This document shows positions 1-12,050 of a stretch of 64,000 bases of DNA, piece by piece; the first letter of the stretch is position 1; every line of letters begins with the position of its first letter. The DNA lies in the NCBI GenBank assembly GCA_002269645.1, contig NIVC01003808.1, positions 11,940 to 75,939 on the forward strand, read 5' to 3'. A program made the translations under genes and the position numbers. The notes beneath the pieces were generated by a model that made no database searches, was not told where the DNA came from, and worked only from the letters and a program-made list of their open reading frames with translations. This DNA comes from Macrostomum lignano. Its lineage: Eukaryota.

Positions 1-60
1 AGGATTTGAGCACTCTAGGGTGGGTCAAAGAGGATTTGAGCACTCTAGGGTGGGTCAAAG
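1..60. repeat. 30-bp tandem repeat (window edge)
   Basis: aggatttgagcactctagggtgggtcaaag occurs twice in tandem and is cut by the window start. Confidence 0.8.
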
Positions 61-724
61 GGTATAACTGAGCAGGGTAGGTGAAAATTGGTTGCACTAT
101 TAGGCTGCCAAAATAGATAAAGGGGAACAGCTCGGGCGTTGAAGTAAGCGAAGCAGTGAAAATGAACACAGCGGTATTGAATTTTATATTGTTATGTCAA
201 GAGTAAATGATACAAGTTTCTTAAAAAATTATGTATATAAAACAGTTATTGAACCTTTGAAGACGCGAGAGTAACATGGAAAAAGGACTTCTTGGAATAC
301 ATTCTAATTAAGATATGTTGAGAATGATTCAAATTCAAACTTGTTCTGCATGCGGTCGCTGAATAATTTGAGCGAGAAAATTGTCTATTGAATTATCTTT
401 AACAGGAATAGACAAGCAATGCTTAAATAAATCATATACAGCGCATTGTACACTGGAATATTTAAATATATATTTTACGCTTATTAGCAAATCATGAATA
501 TAAAGCAAGCCTACTTACTTATAGGCCTATGACGCAGACACGGATACTAGAAAAACTAGATGGGCCAACTCAGAAACCATTTGCGTGTAAGCTACTTTCA
601 GTTCAGTAGTAAGTTAAAAAAAAGCATTTTAATGTATTCTTAAAGCCAAGGCTCAATTATTAGCTCTCACCCCCCCCCAGCTTGAGCCGTCCGAACACGC
701 CTTTCCACACTATCCCCCCCCCTC

Positions 725-1019
725 GCCCCAATTTATATTGCCTTTCTCGGAATTCCGCCCTAAAGCTGCCATGTACATTTCAGTGGACTGGCCAATGTAC
801 ATTACTGCTGAACCAATTAGCAAGTTGTTTACGCCTGCAAGCTTGGGCTTCTAAACTTATCAAAGTCCCCCGCCGCGCCCCAATTTATATTGCCTTTCTC
901 GGAATTCCAGCCTAAAGCTGCCATGTACATTTCAGTGGACTGGCCAATGTACATTACTGCTGAACCAATAAGCAAGTTGGTTACGCCTGCAAGCTTGGGC
1001 TTCTAAACTTATCAAAGTC
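725..1019. repeat. ~143-bp direct duplication, period 152 bp
   Basis: 725-867 and 877-1019 are near-identical (gccccaatttatattgcc...cttatcaaagtc). Confidence 0.85.
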
Positions 1020-1837
1020 ATTTTAGCTGCCTTTATTTTTATAAAATAGCTTGTATATTCGTCTTTGCTACTGAACTGAAAGTAGAAAGCTGTTTTGCTA
1101 AGTAGTCGTATATATGCCCGAGTGAGCATTCTAGTTATAGTAGTATCTGTGAGCGCAGATCGATCAACCTTAGGCATGATTAATCGATAAATTGATTGGC
1201 AAAAATCAAATGACAGTCATTATAATAAGCACTGCTATGGGCACAAACAGACACCAAGATTGGAAGCCAGAAATCATAATTAAGTGGCAAAAGTTTAACT
1301 TATTAAAACTTATTAACGTATTAGCTCACAGCCGAAAACAAGCATAATTAAACGAATGTCAGTATTGAACGTTTATGTAAGAGGGAAACTTGCCAATTAG
1401 TAAAAAATCTGCTTACAGATAAAAATATCATAAAAGATAGTATTACATAAAAGCATAGAATTATAAGCTTAATTAAAATTACTGGAATAGCAGTTTACCC
1501 TCATTTATATTGAATTCTAAATACCAAGAAAAACTCGCATATAAACACGACAGTAGTCACCCATCTTATTAAAAAGTATTCGTTAAAATCTTTAAAAACA
1601 CAATAATCAATACATAGTTTGTGATGTACTTTCTTAAAACTGAAGTTTTTTTCCAGAAAAAAACACTAGACTACTAACAGTAGCGGTATACTTCTAATTT
1701 ATTCGTCTTCTATTTTACTGTTTTCTACTATTATAAACCTAATAATGATCAAGTAATTTGTCGATTTTCTGGTACTATCAGCAATACAAACAGTTTTTAA
1801 AATTGATTTTTTATTCAAAAAGATGGATCGATAATCC

Positions 1838-3188
1838 TTAGGCGGCAGCTCCGCTCAGCTTTTTCAAGGCTCCGACGCCCATCTCCTGGTACTCCTGCCG
1901 GCTAATCCAGAACTTATCGTCGTGATCCTTCATAATATCGGCCAGGATAGCGCCGCCCAGGAACACCATGTGCTTGCGCCTGGGCGGATCCTCGATTCGG
2001 ATTTTAAACTTGCTCAATCGTTCCGTGTCGCCTTTGAGCACCTGCTCCAGGTACAACTGCTTCATTTCCCTCTCTAGCCGGCTGGGCAGACCCGGGTACA
2101 TTGTGGTGCCGCCCGATAGCACAATCTTCTTGTAGAACTCGGGCCTGATGTCCATGTCCGCCTGCTGGATGGTGTTGAACAGCAGTTCCGCCACGCCAAC
2201 CCCGTCTACATCCACCAGGTGAGGCTGGAATAACGCCTCGGGAGCTTGAAAGCGCTCGCCACTTACCTGTGGTGTTTGGGGGGGGGGCAACTGGCGGTTA
2301 ATAAGCTGTTCTAGCTTTACCGTCATCCCATCCCCCTCCTCCCTCTCGTTAACCTCTCCATCTCCCTTCCCTCTCATATCCCTTGCCTCCCATCTGCCTT
2401 CCCTCCCATCTCCCTTCCCTCTTATCTGCCTTCCCTCTAATCTCCCTTCCCTGTCAACTGCCTTTCCTCCCATCTCCCTTCCCTGTCAACTGCCTTTCCT
2501 CCCATCTCCCTTCCCTGTCAACTGCCTTTCCTCCCATCTCCCTTCCCTCCCATCTCCCTTCTCTTTCATATCCCTTTCCCTTTATACCCCTTCCCTTCCA
2601 TCTCCCTTCTCATCCCATTCTCTACACCTCAGAAGAATCTCCATCCGCTCCTCTTGTGTCACATCTCAATCCATCTTCCCAGCGGCCACCCATCGGCTCA
2701 CCTTGATGACGCGGCCATCCGGCAGGGTGTACTTCTCGACCAGCACGGTGGTCTCCAGCGACAGCCGCTCCTCCTGAGCAATATCGTAAGCCACATAGCA
2801 CAGACGCTCCTTCAGCTGACGGATTGTCTCAAAATCAGCGCTAGCATTAAAAGCGTAGCCTCTGAGCAGCAGGAGCTTGATGAGATAGCGCGTGATGTCC
2901 CGGCCGGCAATGTTCAGCCGCTTGGTGAGATGCGGCAATGCGAAGCCGTCGTACACCGGGCAGATGTGGGTGACGCCGTCGCCTGAGTCAACTACAACTC
3001 CAGTGAGCAGGCCTTGAGCATAGAGGGTCAGCACCGCCTGAAATGTATAGTGCAAGGCCACTGCTCGTATTCTAGTGCTGAGGGTCGCAACTCATACACT
3101 GTACATAAGTTTCTACTTTGTACTTTTATTGGAGATGATAAATAGGCTGCTAACTCGCTAACTAACTACCCAACTAACTGACCAAGTG

Positions 3189-3227
<39 letters not shown>

Positions 3228-5624
3228 CACTAACTAACTAACTAACTAACTCACTAACTAACTCACTAACTAACTAACTAACTAACTCACTCACTAACTA
3301 ACTCACTAACTAACTAACTAACTAACTAACTCACTAACTAACTCACTAACTAACTGACTAACAAACAAACAAACAAACAAACAAACTAACTCACTAACTA
3401 ACTAACTAACTAACTAACTGACTAACAAACAAATAAACAAACAAACAAACTAACTAACTCACTAACTAACTAACTAACTGACTAACTGACTAACAAACAA
3501 ATAAACAAACTAACTAACTAACTAACTCACAAACAAACAAACAAACAAACAAACTGACTAACAAACAAATAAACTAACTAACTAACTGTCTGACTAACTA
3601 ACTTACTACTAATAAAGTAAATAACTAACTAATTAACTAACGAGTAAGGTCACAATAACACGCAGAGACTTCACCTGAATAGCCACGTAGACTCCGGCAA
3701 AGTTGTACTTTTCAAACATTGCCTCAATCATGCGCTCCCGGTTCTTAGCCGGGTTCATGGGTGGCTCTGTCAGCAACACCTTGGTGTTCGGACAGTCCAG
3801 GTTCATCTTCTTCGGACCGAAGATGTAGTCGTACAGGTGCAGCATGTCAGTCCAGTTGCTGACTATGCCGTTCTCCATTGGGTAGTTCACCTGCGATGGG
3901 AAGTAAGACAGGCAAATTAGCTGACGTATATCTTTCCCTGCATTATACACTTCGACCATTGTGCTAATCTCGATTCCCATTGTAGAAGTAGAGAGTAGAC
4001 TTCAGTCTTAATGGAACTACAGTTAGAACAACTTCCGGTTCTCGAATCTAATTGGAGATACAGTTAGAACAACTTCTGGTTGTCGAATCTAATTGGAGAT
4101 ACAGTTAGAACAACTTCCGATTCTCGAATCTAATTGGAGATACAGTTAGACCAAGTTCCGATTCTCGAATCTAATTGGAGATACAGTTAGACCAACTTCC
4201 GGTTGTTGAATATAATTGTAGATACAGTTAGAACAACTTCCGGTTGTCGAACCTAATTGGAGATACAGTTAGACCAACTTCCGGTTGTCGAACCTAATTG
4301 GAGATACAGTTAGACCAACTTCCGGTTCTCGAATCTAATTGGAGATACAGTTAGAACAACTTCCGGTTGTCGAACCTAATTGGAGATATAGTTAGACCAA
4401 CTTCCGGTTCTCGAATCTAATTGGAGATACAGTTAGAACAACTTCCGGTTGTTGAACCTAATTGGAGATACAGTTAGAACAACTTCCGGTTGTTGAATCT
4501 AATTGGAGATACAGTTAGAACAACTTCCGATTCTCGAATCTAATTGGAGATACAGTTAGACCAACTTCCGGTTGTTGAATATAATTGTAGATACAGTTAG
4601 AACAACTTCCGGTTGTCGAACCTAATTGGAGATACAGTTAGACCAACTTCCGGTTCTCGAATCTAATTGGAGATACAGTTAGAACAACTTCCGGTTGTCG
4701 AACCTAATTGGAGATATAGTTAGACCAACTTCCGGTTCTTGAATCTAATTGGAGATACAGTTAGAACAACTTCCGGTTGTTGAACCTAATTGGAGATACA
4801 GTTAGAACAACTTCCGGTTGTCGAACCTAATTGGAGATATAGTTAGACCAACTTCCGGTTGTCGAATCTAATTGGAGATACAGTTAGAACAACTTCCGGT
4901 TGTCGAACCTAATTGGAGATACAGTTAGAACAACTTCCGGTTGTCGAGCCTAATTGGAGATATAGTTAGACCAACTTCCGGTTGTCGAATCTAATTGGAG
5001 ATACAGTTAGAACAACTTCCGGTTGTCGAACCTAATTGGAGATACAGTTAGAACAACTTCCGGTTGTTGAACCTAATTGGAGATATAGTTAGAACAACTT
5101 CCGGTTCTCGAATCTAATTGGAGATACAGTTAGACCAACTTCTGGTTGTCAAATCTAATTGGAGATACAGTTAGACCAACTTCCGGTTGATAAAGCTGAA
5201 TTCCGAAGATAAACCCTACTTCCCTACTTCCGGTCTGACAGATTTGACTACAGTTGGACTGCTTCCGTTTATAAAAAAATCGCCATATTCAATACTACTT
5301 CCGATTGTCGCAAAAGGCTATTCATTACTAGGTCCAGTCCCGGCTTCCGGAATTTAAAGAGAGCTCTCGCCACTGTCACATTAAGAAGCGAGTGAAACGA
5401 AAAAAAAACATTTTTACCTGCAGCATCTGTCGAACTTCCGCAGCCTCGTCGCCCACCATCAGGTCGCGAATCTCCACGTCGCCAATGCGCGACGAGCTGC
5501 GCAGAATTGGCCGGCCAACCAGAGACGGGAAAATGTGCTCGGGATAATTCGCGCCGGCCCGGCCGCACTTGACAAATCCCGTGCCATTGTCGCATACAAC
5601 CACGTGTCTGCCTTTGCTATCCAT
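1838..5624 (-). CDS. ACTR2: Actin-related protein 2 (Arp2/3 complex subunit), 4 exons, ~395 aa
   Basis: Exons 5624-5418, 3890-3675, 3037-2702 and 2266-1838, all with GT-AG phase-0 junctions and joining in frame. Arp2 motifs: [74 protein letters not shown]. Confidence 0.96.
2326..2640. repeat. CT-rich minisatellite in Arp2 intron 3
   Basis: Repeated ctcccatctcccttccct(gtcaactgcctttc) units. Confidence 0.8.
3150..3640. repeat. (ACTA)n/(ACAA)n microsatellite in Arp2 intron 2
   Basis: Long run of actaactaacta with ctca/acaa variants. Confidence 0.92.
4012..5189. repeat. 41-bp minisatellite (~28 copies) in Arp2 intron 1
   Basis: Unit GGAGATACAGTTAGAACAACTTCCGGTTGTCGAACCTAATT; period 41 read at 4021/4062. 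Confidence 0.95.
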
Positions 5625-5764
5625 GCTGGCCTGATTTACAATTTGTAGAGCTTCATGAATTTTAGCATTTAGAAATGGAATCAGATGCGCACGCCGTTAA
5701 TAACTTTCTATTTCTACTAATAGTAGCAAAGAGAGAAATTTTATTGAAATATTTACAATTTTAA

Positions 5765-6745
5765 GGGGAATTACTCAAATGCTAAAGGCTCAGGGGGATT
5801 TACTCAGATGCTAAAGGCTCAGGGGGATTTACTCAGTTGCTAAAGGCTCAGGGGGATTTACTCAGTTGCTAAAGGCTCAGGGGGATTTACTCAGATGCTA
5901 AAGGCTCAGGGGGATTTACTCAGATGCTAAAGGCTCAGGGGGATTTACTCAGATGCTAAAGGCTCAGGGGGATTTACTCAGTTGCTAAAGGCTCAGGGGG
6001 ATTTACTCAGTTGCTAAAGGCTCAGGGGGATTTACTCAGATGCTAAAGGCTCAGGGGGAATTGCTCAGTTGCTAAAGGCTCAGGGGGATTTACTCAGATG
6101 CTAAAGGCTCAGGGGGATTTACTCAGATGCTAAAGGCTCAGGGGGATTTACTCAGATGCTAAAGGCTCAGGGGGATTTACTCAGATGCTAAAGGCTCAGG
6201 GGGATTTACTCAGATGCTAAAGGCTCAGGGGGATTTACTCAGATGCTAAAGGCTCAGGGGGATTTACTCAGATGCTAAAGGCTCAGGGGATTTACTCAGA
6301 TGCTAAAGGCTCAGGGGGATTTACTCAGATGCTAAAGGCTCAGGGGGATTTACTCAGATGCTCAAAACTCAGGGAGAATTGCTCAGATGCTCAAAACTCA
6401 GGGGGAATTGCTCAGATGCTCAAAACTCAGGGGGGATCACTCAGATGCTCAAACTCAGGGGGAATTGCTCAGATGCTCAAAACTCAGGGGGAATTGCTCA
6501 GATGCAAAAGGCTTGGGGGAATCACTCAGATGCTAAAAGCTCAGGGGGAATTACTCAGATGCTCAAAACTCAGGGGAATTACTCAGATGCTCAAAACTCA
6601 GGGGAATTGCTCAGATGCTCAAAACTCAGGGGGAATTGCTCGGATACTAAATGCTCTGGGGAATTGCTCAGATGCTAAATGCTCAGGGGAATTGCTCAGA
6701 TGCTAAATGCTCAGGGGAATTGCTCAGATGCTAAAGGCGCAGGGG
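5765..6745. repeat. 29-bp minisatellite (~33 copies) between Ral and Arp2
   Basis: Unit GCTAAAGGCTCAGGGGGATTTACTCAGAT, grading to GCTCAAAACTCAGGGGGAATTGCTCAGAT after ~6360. Confidence 0.95.
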
Positions 6746-7516
6746 AAATCGATCATGAGCAAAGACCTTGGCTTATATGCCTCTAAGATGATAAATGGAT
6801 TGATATCTCAACAGTGATGCAACGATGAAGCGTTTATTGATAAGAAAGCATTGAAGTCCGCTATGTAAGCATGTTTATGCACATATATTTGAATATTTAG
6901 CATAAATATAATGGCCTTGAATACCGCCCTCCATTGAAAACCTCTACTGATCTACTCGGCAGTAAAAAATCACAATTGCTGACAGACTTTGAGAAAAAAT
7001 AAAGGTTATAAATTACAATCATAATCTATTTATTCAACAGGAAATCAGTTTAATTAAACATTTTATATAGCCTCACAGATTTGGTCCGGGTTAGCAAGGT
7101 AGGAATAAAATAATACGATAATGCAATGCAGAAAGTTTATCGTAGCAACCGGAGCGCTTCTATCTGAGCCGTCATCATTTTGAATCATATTTTCAATTAT
7201 TTTATTTATATCAATCTAAAGCCAATTAAGTCAATAAGCCAATAATAGATTACTAATAGTAATAACCTTTGATTTTTCAACGGAATCGTTAACTGACTCT
7301 CAAGTTTAAGCGCTGACAGTTAATTACAGCAACAGAGACTGGATAATAATGGTGGATTTAAACACAGTTGAGCCGGTATAAACAAATAAACAACAGCGTA
7401 TTGCCAGTGTCAGTAACAAACTAGATTTCATTATGGATGCCTTGTGCGAAAAAATTAATAGTTAATTAGCACGAGCGAGTGAACTGCCATTGAAATAACT
7501 GGATCCATTTTTATCC

Positions 7517-7775
7517 CAACAAATTCAAAATCCCATTCTCAACAAATTCAAAATCCCATTCTCAGCAAATTTGAAATCCCAATTCTCAACAAATTAAAAA
7601 TCCCATTTTCAACAAATTTGAAATCCAATTTCTAAACAACTTTAAAATCCCATTCTCAGCAAATTTAAAATCCCATTCTCAACAAATTTGAAATCCCATT
7701 CTCAACAAATTTGAAATCCCATTTTCAACGAATTCGAAATCCCATTTCTCAACAAATTTCAAATCCCATTCTCAA
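7517..7775. repeat. ~23-bp minisatellite (Ral distal 3' UTR region)
   Basis: Unit AAATCCCATTCTCAACAAATT(C/T)(A/G), about 11 copies. Confidence 0.85.
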
Positions 7776-7934
7776 CGCGCAGGAACTACAAATTTTGAAT
7801 CCTGATCTCAAACTGAGGACAGAGCATTGATTTGATCACTTGGACAAAAATAGCAACACAATGGCGAATAGAAAAAAACTGATTTTTAAAAAATCGCACA
7901 AAAGGCTGGCCTTCTTTTTAAAGAAAAAAACGCG

Positions 7935-8048
7935 TCAAAGAATTTCGCATCTGCGCTTTTTCGGCTTCTTGCTGCGTCCGCCGCCGTTTCCGGTGACGGC
8001 CGATTGCTGCTTCCGGTGATGAATCTCGGTCAGCAGGTCGTAGAAAGC
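7935..8048 (-). CDS. RALA: Ral alternative terminal exon 4b (polybasic + CaaX): AFYDLLTEIHHRKQQSAVTGNGGGRSKKPKKRRCEIL*
   Basis: The first AG after a TTAAT branch-like motif and pyrimidine tract (AAG at 8051-8049) gives a phase-0 join to exon 3 (...ENVDK). It encodes the Ras-family alpha5 helix, a polybasic stretch and CEIL-stop. Not in the ORF track. Confidence 0.85.
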   Translation of the reverse strand, partial: AFYDLLTEIHHRKQQSAVTGNGGGRSKKPKKRRCEIL

Positions 8049-8419
8049 CTTGGTTACAATTCGATTAATAAAAGAAGGTTGAGAAAATTTATATTTCATT
8101 TTCAACAAACCGACAATGCGTAAAATTTAGATTGCGAATCAAAATTGACTGCTAATAGGCTTTCATCGCTACTAACGGTAGTGCTATTTGAAAAGCTATT
8201 TAGACTAAATTTTCGGGTTGAATAATTTTTTTCTAAAATCATGTAATTGAATTTGAAATACGTAATCTCACTGTGCATGCAATTTAAGTTTGCGAAGCTA
8301 TACAAAAATCAATTCTCTGAAATTTTGATTGCAGAGTTTCCACCGTGGAGAGGGAAGAGGGAAGGTGTGGAAGGAGATGAAGGGGGCTTGACGAGGATTT
8401 GGAAACCAGAGAAACGGGT

Positions 8420-8790
8420 GAGGTAGGGCGTCAGGCGATGAGGGTGAAATATGAGGGAAGGTAGGAGGGTGTGCGGGAGGGGATGATGAGGGGTGAGGGA
8501 GAGTAGGAGGGTAGAGGCAGAGGATGAGGGAGGGTAGAGGGAGGGGATAAGGAGGGTAGAGGGAAGGTAGAGGCAGGGTATGAGGGAGGGGATGATGAAG
8601 GGTGAGGGAGGGTAGGAGGGTAGAGGCAAGGGATGAGGGAAGGTAGAGGGAGGGGATAAGAGAGGGTAGAGGGAGGGGATAAGGAGGGTAGAGGGAAGGT
8701 AGAGGCAGGGTATGAGGGAGGGGATGATGAAGGGTGAGGGAGGGTAGGAGGGTAGAGGCAGAGGATGAGGGAGGGTAGAGGAAGTGCAAG
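8420..8790. repeat. Purine-rich (GA) low-complexity tandem repeat between Ral exons 4a and 4b
   Basis: Repeated gagggagggtagagg/ggatgagggag units. Confidence 0.8.
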
Positions 8791-9096
8791 AGGGAGAATG
8801 AATGAGAGAGAAAGAGATAAACAGGTACAGAAGGAAAATAGATGGGGCGAAAACAATGTATGACGGATGGAGAACTAATAAATATCACTATTAAGAGCGA
8901 TTGCTTCTTAACTACTGATTGATTCTGTAGTCATCAGTCTGGTAGACAATATGATAATAATATATAAATGAATTTATTGCGCCAGCAAACAGCTCTCGAA
9001 TCAAAATATATAATACAATAGCTGTTTGCTAAGCTGGCTATAGTACTATAACAAAATAGACTATTGTCGGAGTGTGAGAGTGTGCGTAGGCTGCGC

Positions 9097-11219
9097 TCAA
9101 AGCAGGCTGCAGCAGCATTTGGCAGACGAGCCGCCACCCTGCAGAGCAGCCATGCCAGACTGCTGCCTGTTCAGCTGCGGCCGGCCGCGCTTGTGGTCCA
9201 GCACGGAGCGGATCAGGCCGAAGAAGGCCTTCGTTGTGTTGCGTGTAATTAATTTTATTGTTTTGCATTGCGCGTTACATTTTTACAAAATAAAATGCTT
9301 GCACTGCCTCTAATGAGTAGGAATATTCGGACAGCACCTACCAATGTTGAAAAATAATAATAAATGGACAAAAATCATTACACTGTCACGGGGTCATGAG
9401 ACTGTCGGGAGTGATGAGATTTGTCTCGGAGTGATGAGATTTGCCTGAGAGTGATGAGATTGTCTGGGAGTGATGAGACTGTCTGGGAGTGATGAGACTG
9501 TCTGGGAGTGATGAGACTGTCTGGGAGTGATGAGATTTGTCTGGGAGTGATGAGACTGTCTGGGAGTGCGGAGACTGTCGAGACTGTCGGAGTGACGAGA
9601 CTGTCTGGGAGTGCGAAGACTGTCGGAGTGACGAGACTGTCTGGGAGTGCGGAGACTGTCGGAGTGACGAGACTGTCTGGGAGTGCGGAGACTGTCGGAG
9701 TGACGAGACTGTCTGGGAGTGACGAGACTGTCGGAGTGACGAGACTGTCTGGGAGTGCGGAGACTGTCGGAGTGACGCGAATGACGAGAACAAAGATGAG
9801 CGGCCCATCTAAAAGCGCAATCAATGGCTCACCTTGTCGACATTCTCTCTAGTTTTGGCCGACGTTTCCAGGTAGGGGATTCGCCAGGCTTCGGCCCGGG
9901 CCTCGGCCTCCCTGGATTGCACCTGCCGGCCGTCGGTGAGGTCGCTCTTGTTGCCAACCAGCAGCATGGGGATGGACTCGTCGCCTTTTACTCGGATGAT
10001 CTGCTCTCTGCGCGATGGATGCAGTGAGGAGGGAGTAAATTAAATAAGCTTTGCCTGGGAGGGTGGCTGGAAGGTAAGGAGTGTTCGGGAGGGTAAGGAG
10101 TGTTCAGGAGGGTAAGGAGAGTGTCCGGGAGGGTAAGGAGGGTTCGGGAGGGTAAGGAGTGAGAGAGCGGGCACTGCACAGGAATAGAAATCGATGGCCC
10201 CAGAGACGCGAACTGACCTTACCTGAACTCATTAGTGGCGGCAAAGGACTCAGGATCGGTGAGCGAGAACACGCATAGGAAGCCCTCTCCGCCGCGGAAA
10301 TAATTGTCCCGAATGCTGGCATAGTCCTCCTGGCCAGCCGTGTCCAGGATGTCAATGTGCACCTCGGTGCCCTCCAGGGTGACCTTCTTTCGATACATAT
10401 CGGCTTTGGTTGGCTCGTAGTCTTCAACGAACTGGGCGCGGTTGAGACGGAGTTTGACAGAAATTGGCCTAACTATTCGTACATATAGCAATGAATGATG
10501 CTCAAGTAGTGCCACAAGTGCATGAGTAACTACCCTAAAAGTATCAGATTGTATGATATCATGCAGATTGCTTAGCAGGAGTGATCTTCTAAAGAGTGGG
10601 TAGAGTGACTAGGAGAGTGGGTAGAGTGACTAGGAGAGTGGGTAGAGTGACTAGGAGAGTGGGTAGAGTGACTAGGAGAGTGGGTAGCTTCTAGAGAGTG
10701 GGTAGAGTGACTAGGAGAGTGGGTAGAGTGACTAGGAGAGTGGGTAGCTTCTAGAGAGTGGGTAGAGTGACAAGGAGAGTGGGTAGAGTGACTAGGAGAG
10801 TGGGTAGCTTCTAGAGAGTGGGTAGAGTGACTTGGGGAGTGGGTCGAGTACTCGGGAGAGTGGGCAGAATGCCCGGGGGGATTGGGTAGAGTTCCCGGAA
10901 GAGTGAGTAGAGTGCCCGGGAATGGGTAGAGTGACTAGAAGAGTGGGTAGAGTGCCCTAGAAAATAAATATAGTGGCTAGTTATAAATAAGTAATCGACG
11001 AGAATTTAGGACGAGATTACGGGGAGTCTGGAAGACAGCTAGAGCGGACAGTGATAATGTACATGCACAAAATTGCAACTTCAGCAGGCCGACCGTAACG
11101 CTCACCTCGTCGTACATGAACTGCAGCGTAAGGGCGCTTTTACCAACGGCGCCGCTGCCAACCATAATGATTTTGTGCACAGGCTGCGATGAGCTGGTCC
11201 CACTCTTCTGCTTGGACAT
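9097..11219 (-). CDS. RALA: Ras-like GTPase Ral, 4 exons, 209 aa with exon 4a
   Basis: Exons 11219-11106, 10431-10223, 10007-9833 and 9228-9097 (4a) join in frame. Motifs: [29 protein letters not shown] (Ral effector loop), [31 protein letters not shown]. The C-terminus is ...AKCCCSLL*. RalA vs RalB orthology is not resolvable (single invertebrate Ral). Confidence 0.93.
9385..9780. repeat. 19-bp / 36-bp minisatellite in Ral intron 3
   Basis: Unit GAGTGATGAGACTGTCTGG, later a 36-bp composite unit. Confidence 0.9.
10060..10165. repeat. Short GA-rich tandem repeat in Ral intron 2
   Basis: Repeated ggagggtaaggagtgttc-like units. Confidence 0.7.
10595..10960. repeat. 21-bp minisatellite in Ral intron 1
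   Basis: Unit GGAGAGTGGGTAGAGTGACTA. Confidence 0.9.
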
Positions 11220-11444
11220 GATTTCTTACTACTTACAGTACTAGATAACGATTAAGACTATACCTGGCTTGTGATGTAATTAAATTTGCAATTAGTGCGC
11301 AAACTGAGTGTGGCGTGGCAGCATGCATAAAATAAATTTGTGGCGTAAGTTTATAATTACCGATTAAATACATATACAGGTACTACTATGAGTAAAGTAA
11401 ATTCCAACCCTCTAATCTGGAATTCGCGCACATTTCGCGGGTAC

Positions 11445-12050
11445 TTCACAGGTGGAGTCCCTATTAGAGTGGGTAGAGTTTTCTATGAGTGTGGTAGAGT
11501 ACATGGGAGTGGGTAGAGTCCAAAGGAGAGTGAGTAGAGTCCTTAGGAGAGTGGGTAGAGCCACTAGGAGGGTGAGTAGAGTCCTTGGGAGCGTGGGTAG
11601 AGCCCCTAGGAGGGTGAGTAGAGTCCCTAGGAGAGTGGGTAGAGTCCCTAGGAGAGTGGGTAGAGTCCCTAGGAGAGTGAGTAGAGTCCCTAGGAGAGTG
11701 GGTAGAGTCCCTAGGAGAGTGGGTAGAGTCCCTAGGAGAGTGGGTAGAGTCTATAGGAGAGTGAGTAGAGTCCCTAGGAGAGTGGGTAGAGTCCCTAGGA
11801 GAGTGAGTAGAGTCCCTAGGAGAGTGGGTAGAGTCTATACCGGTAGGAGAGTGAGTAGAGTCCCTAGGAGAGTGGGTAGAGTCCCTAGGAGAGTGGGTAG
11901 AGTCTATAGGAGAGTGAGTAGAGTCCCTAGGAGAGTGGGTAGAGTCTATAGGAGAGTGAATAGTCCCTAGGAGGGTGAGTAGAGTCCCTAGAAGAGTGAG
12001 TAGTCCGTAGGAGAGTGAGTAGAGTCCCTAGGAGTGTTTAGTCCCTAAGA
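11445..12050. repeat. 21-bp minisatellite upstream of Ral (same family as the intron 1 array)
   Basis: Unit GGAGAGTGGGTAGAGTCCCTA. Confidence 0.92.

Noticed and set aside
932-1177. 81-aa ORF downstream of Arp2
   Set aside because: It overlaps the 152-bp duplication and AT-rich UTR-like DNA and has no recognisable homology.
4012-6745. Regular 29-41-bp repeats resembling CRISPR arrays
   Set aside because: Units are directly adjacent with no unique spacers, there are no cas genes, and the context is spliceosomal introns of a eukaryote.
7935-8048. Exon 4b as the last exon of a separate Ras-family gene
   Set aside because: No other GTPase exons lie between 8048 and Ral exon 4a, and its phase matches Ral exon 3 exactly.
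8864-8882. Resemblance to miR-184 (ggatggagaactaataa)
   Set aside because: There are mismatches including the seed region, and no flanking hairpin.
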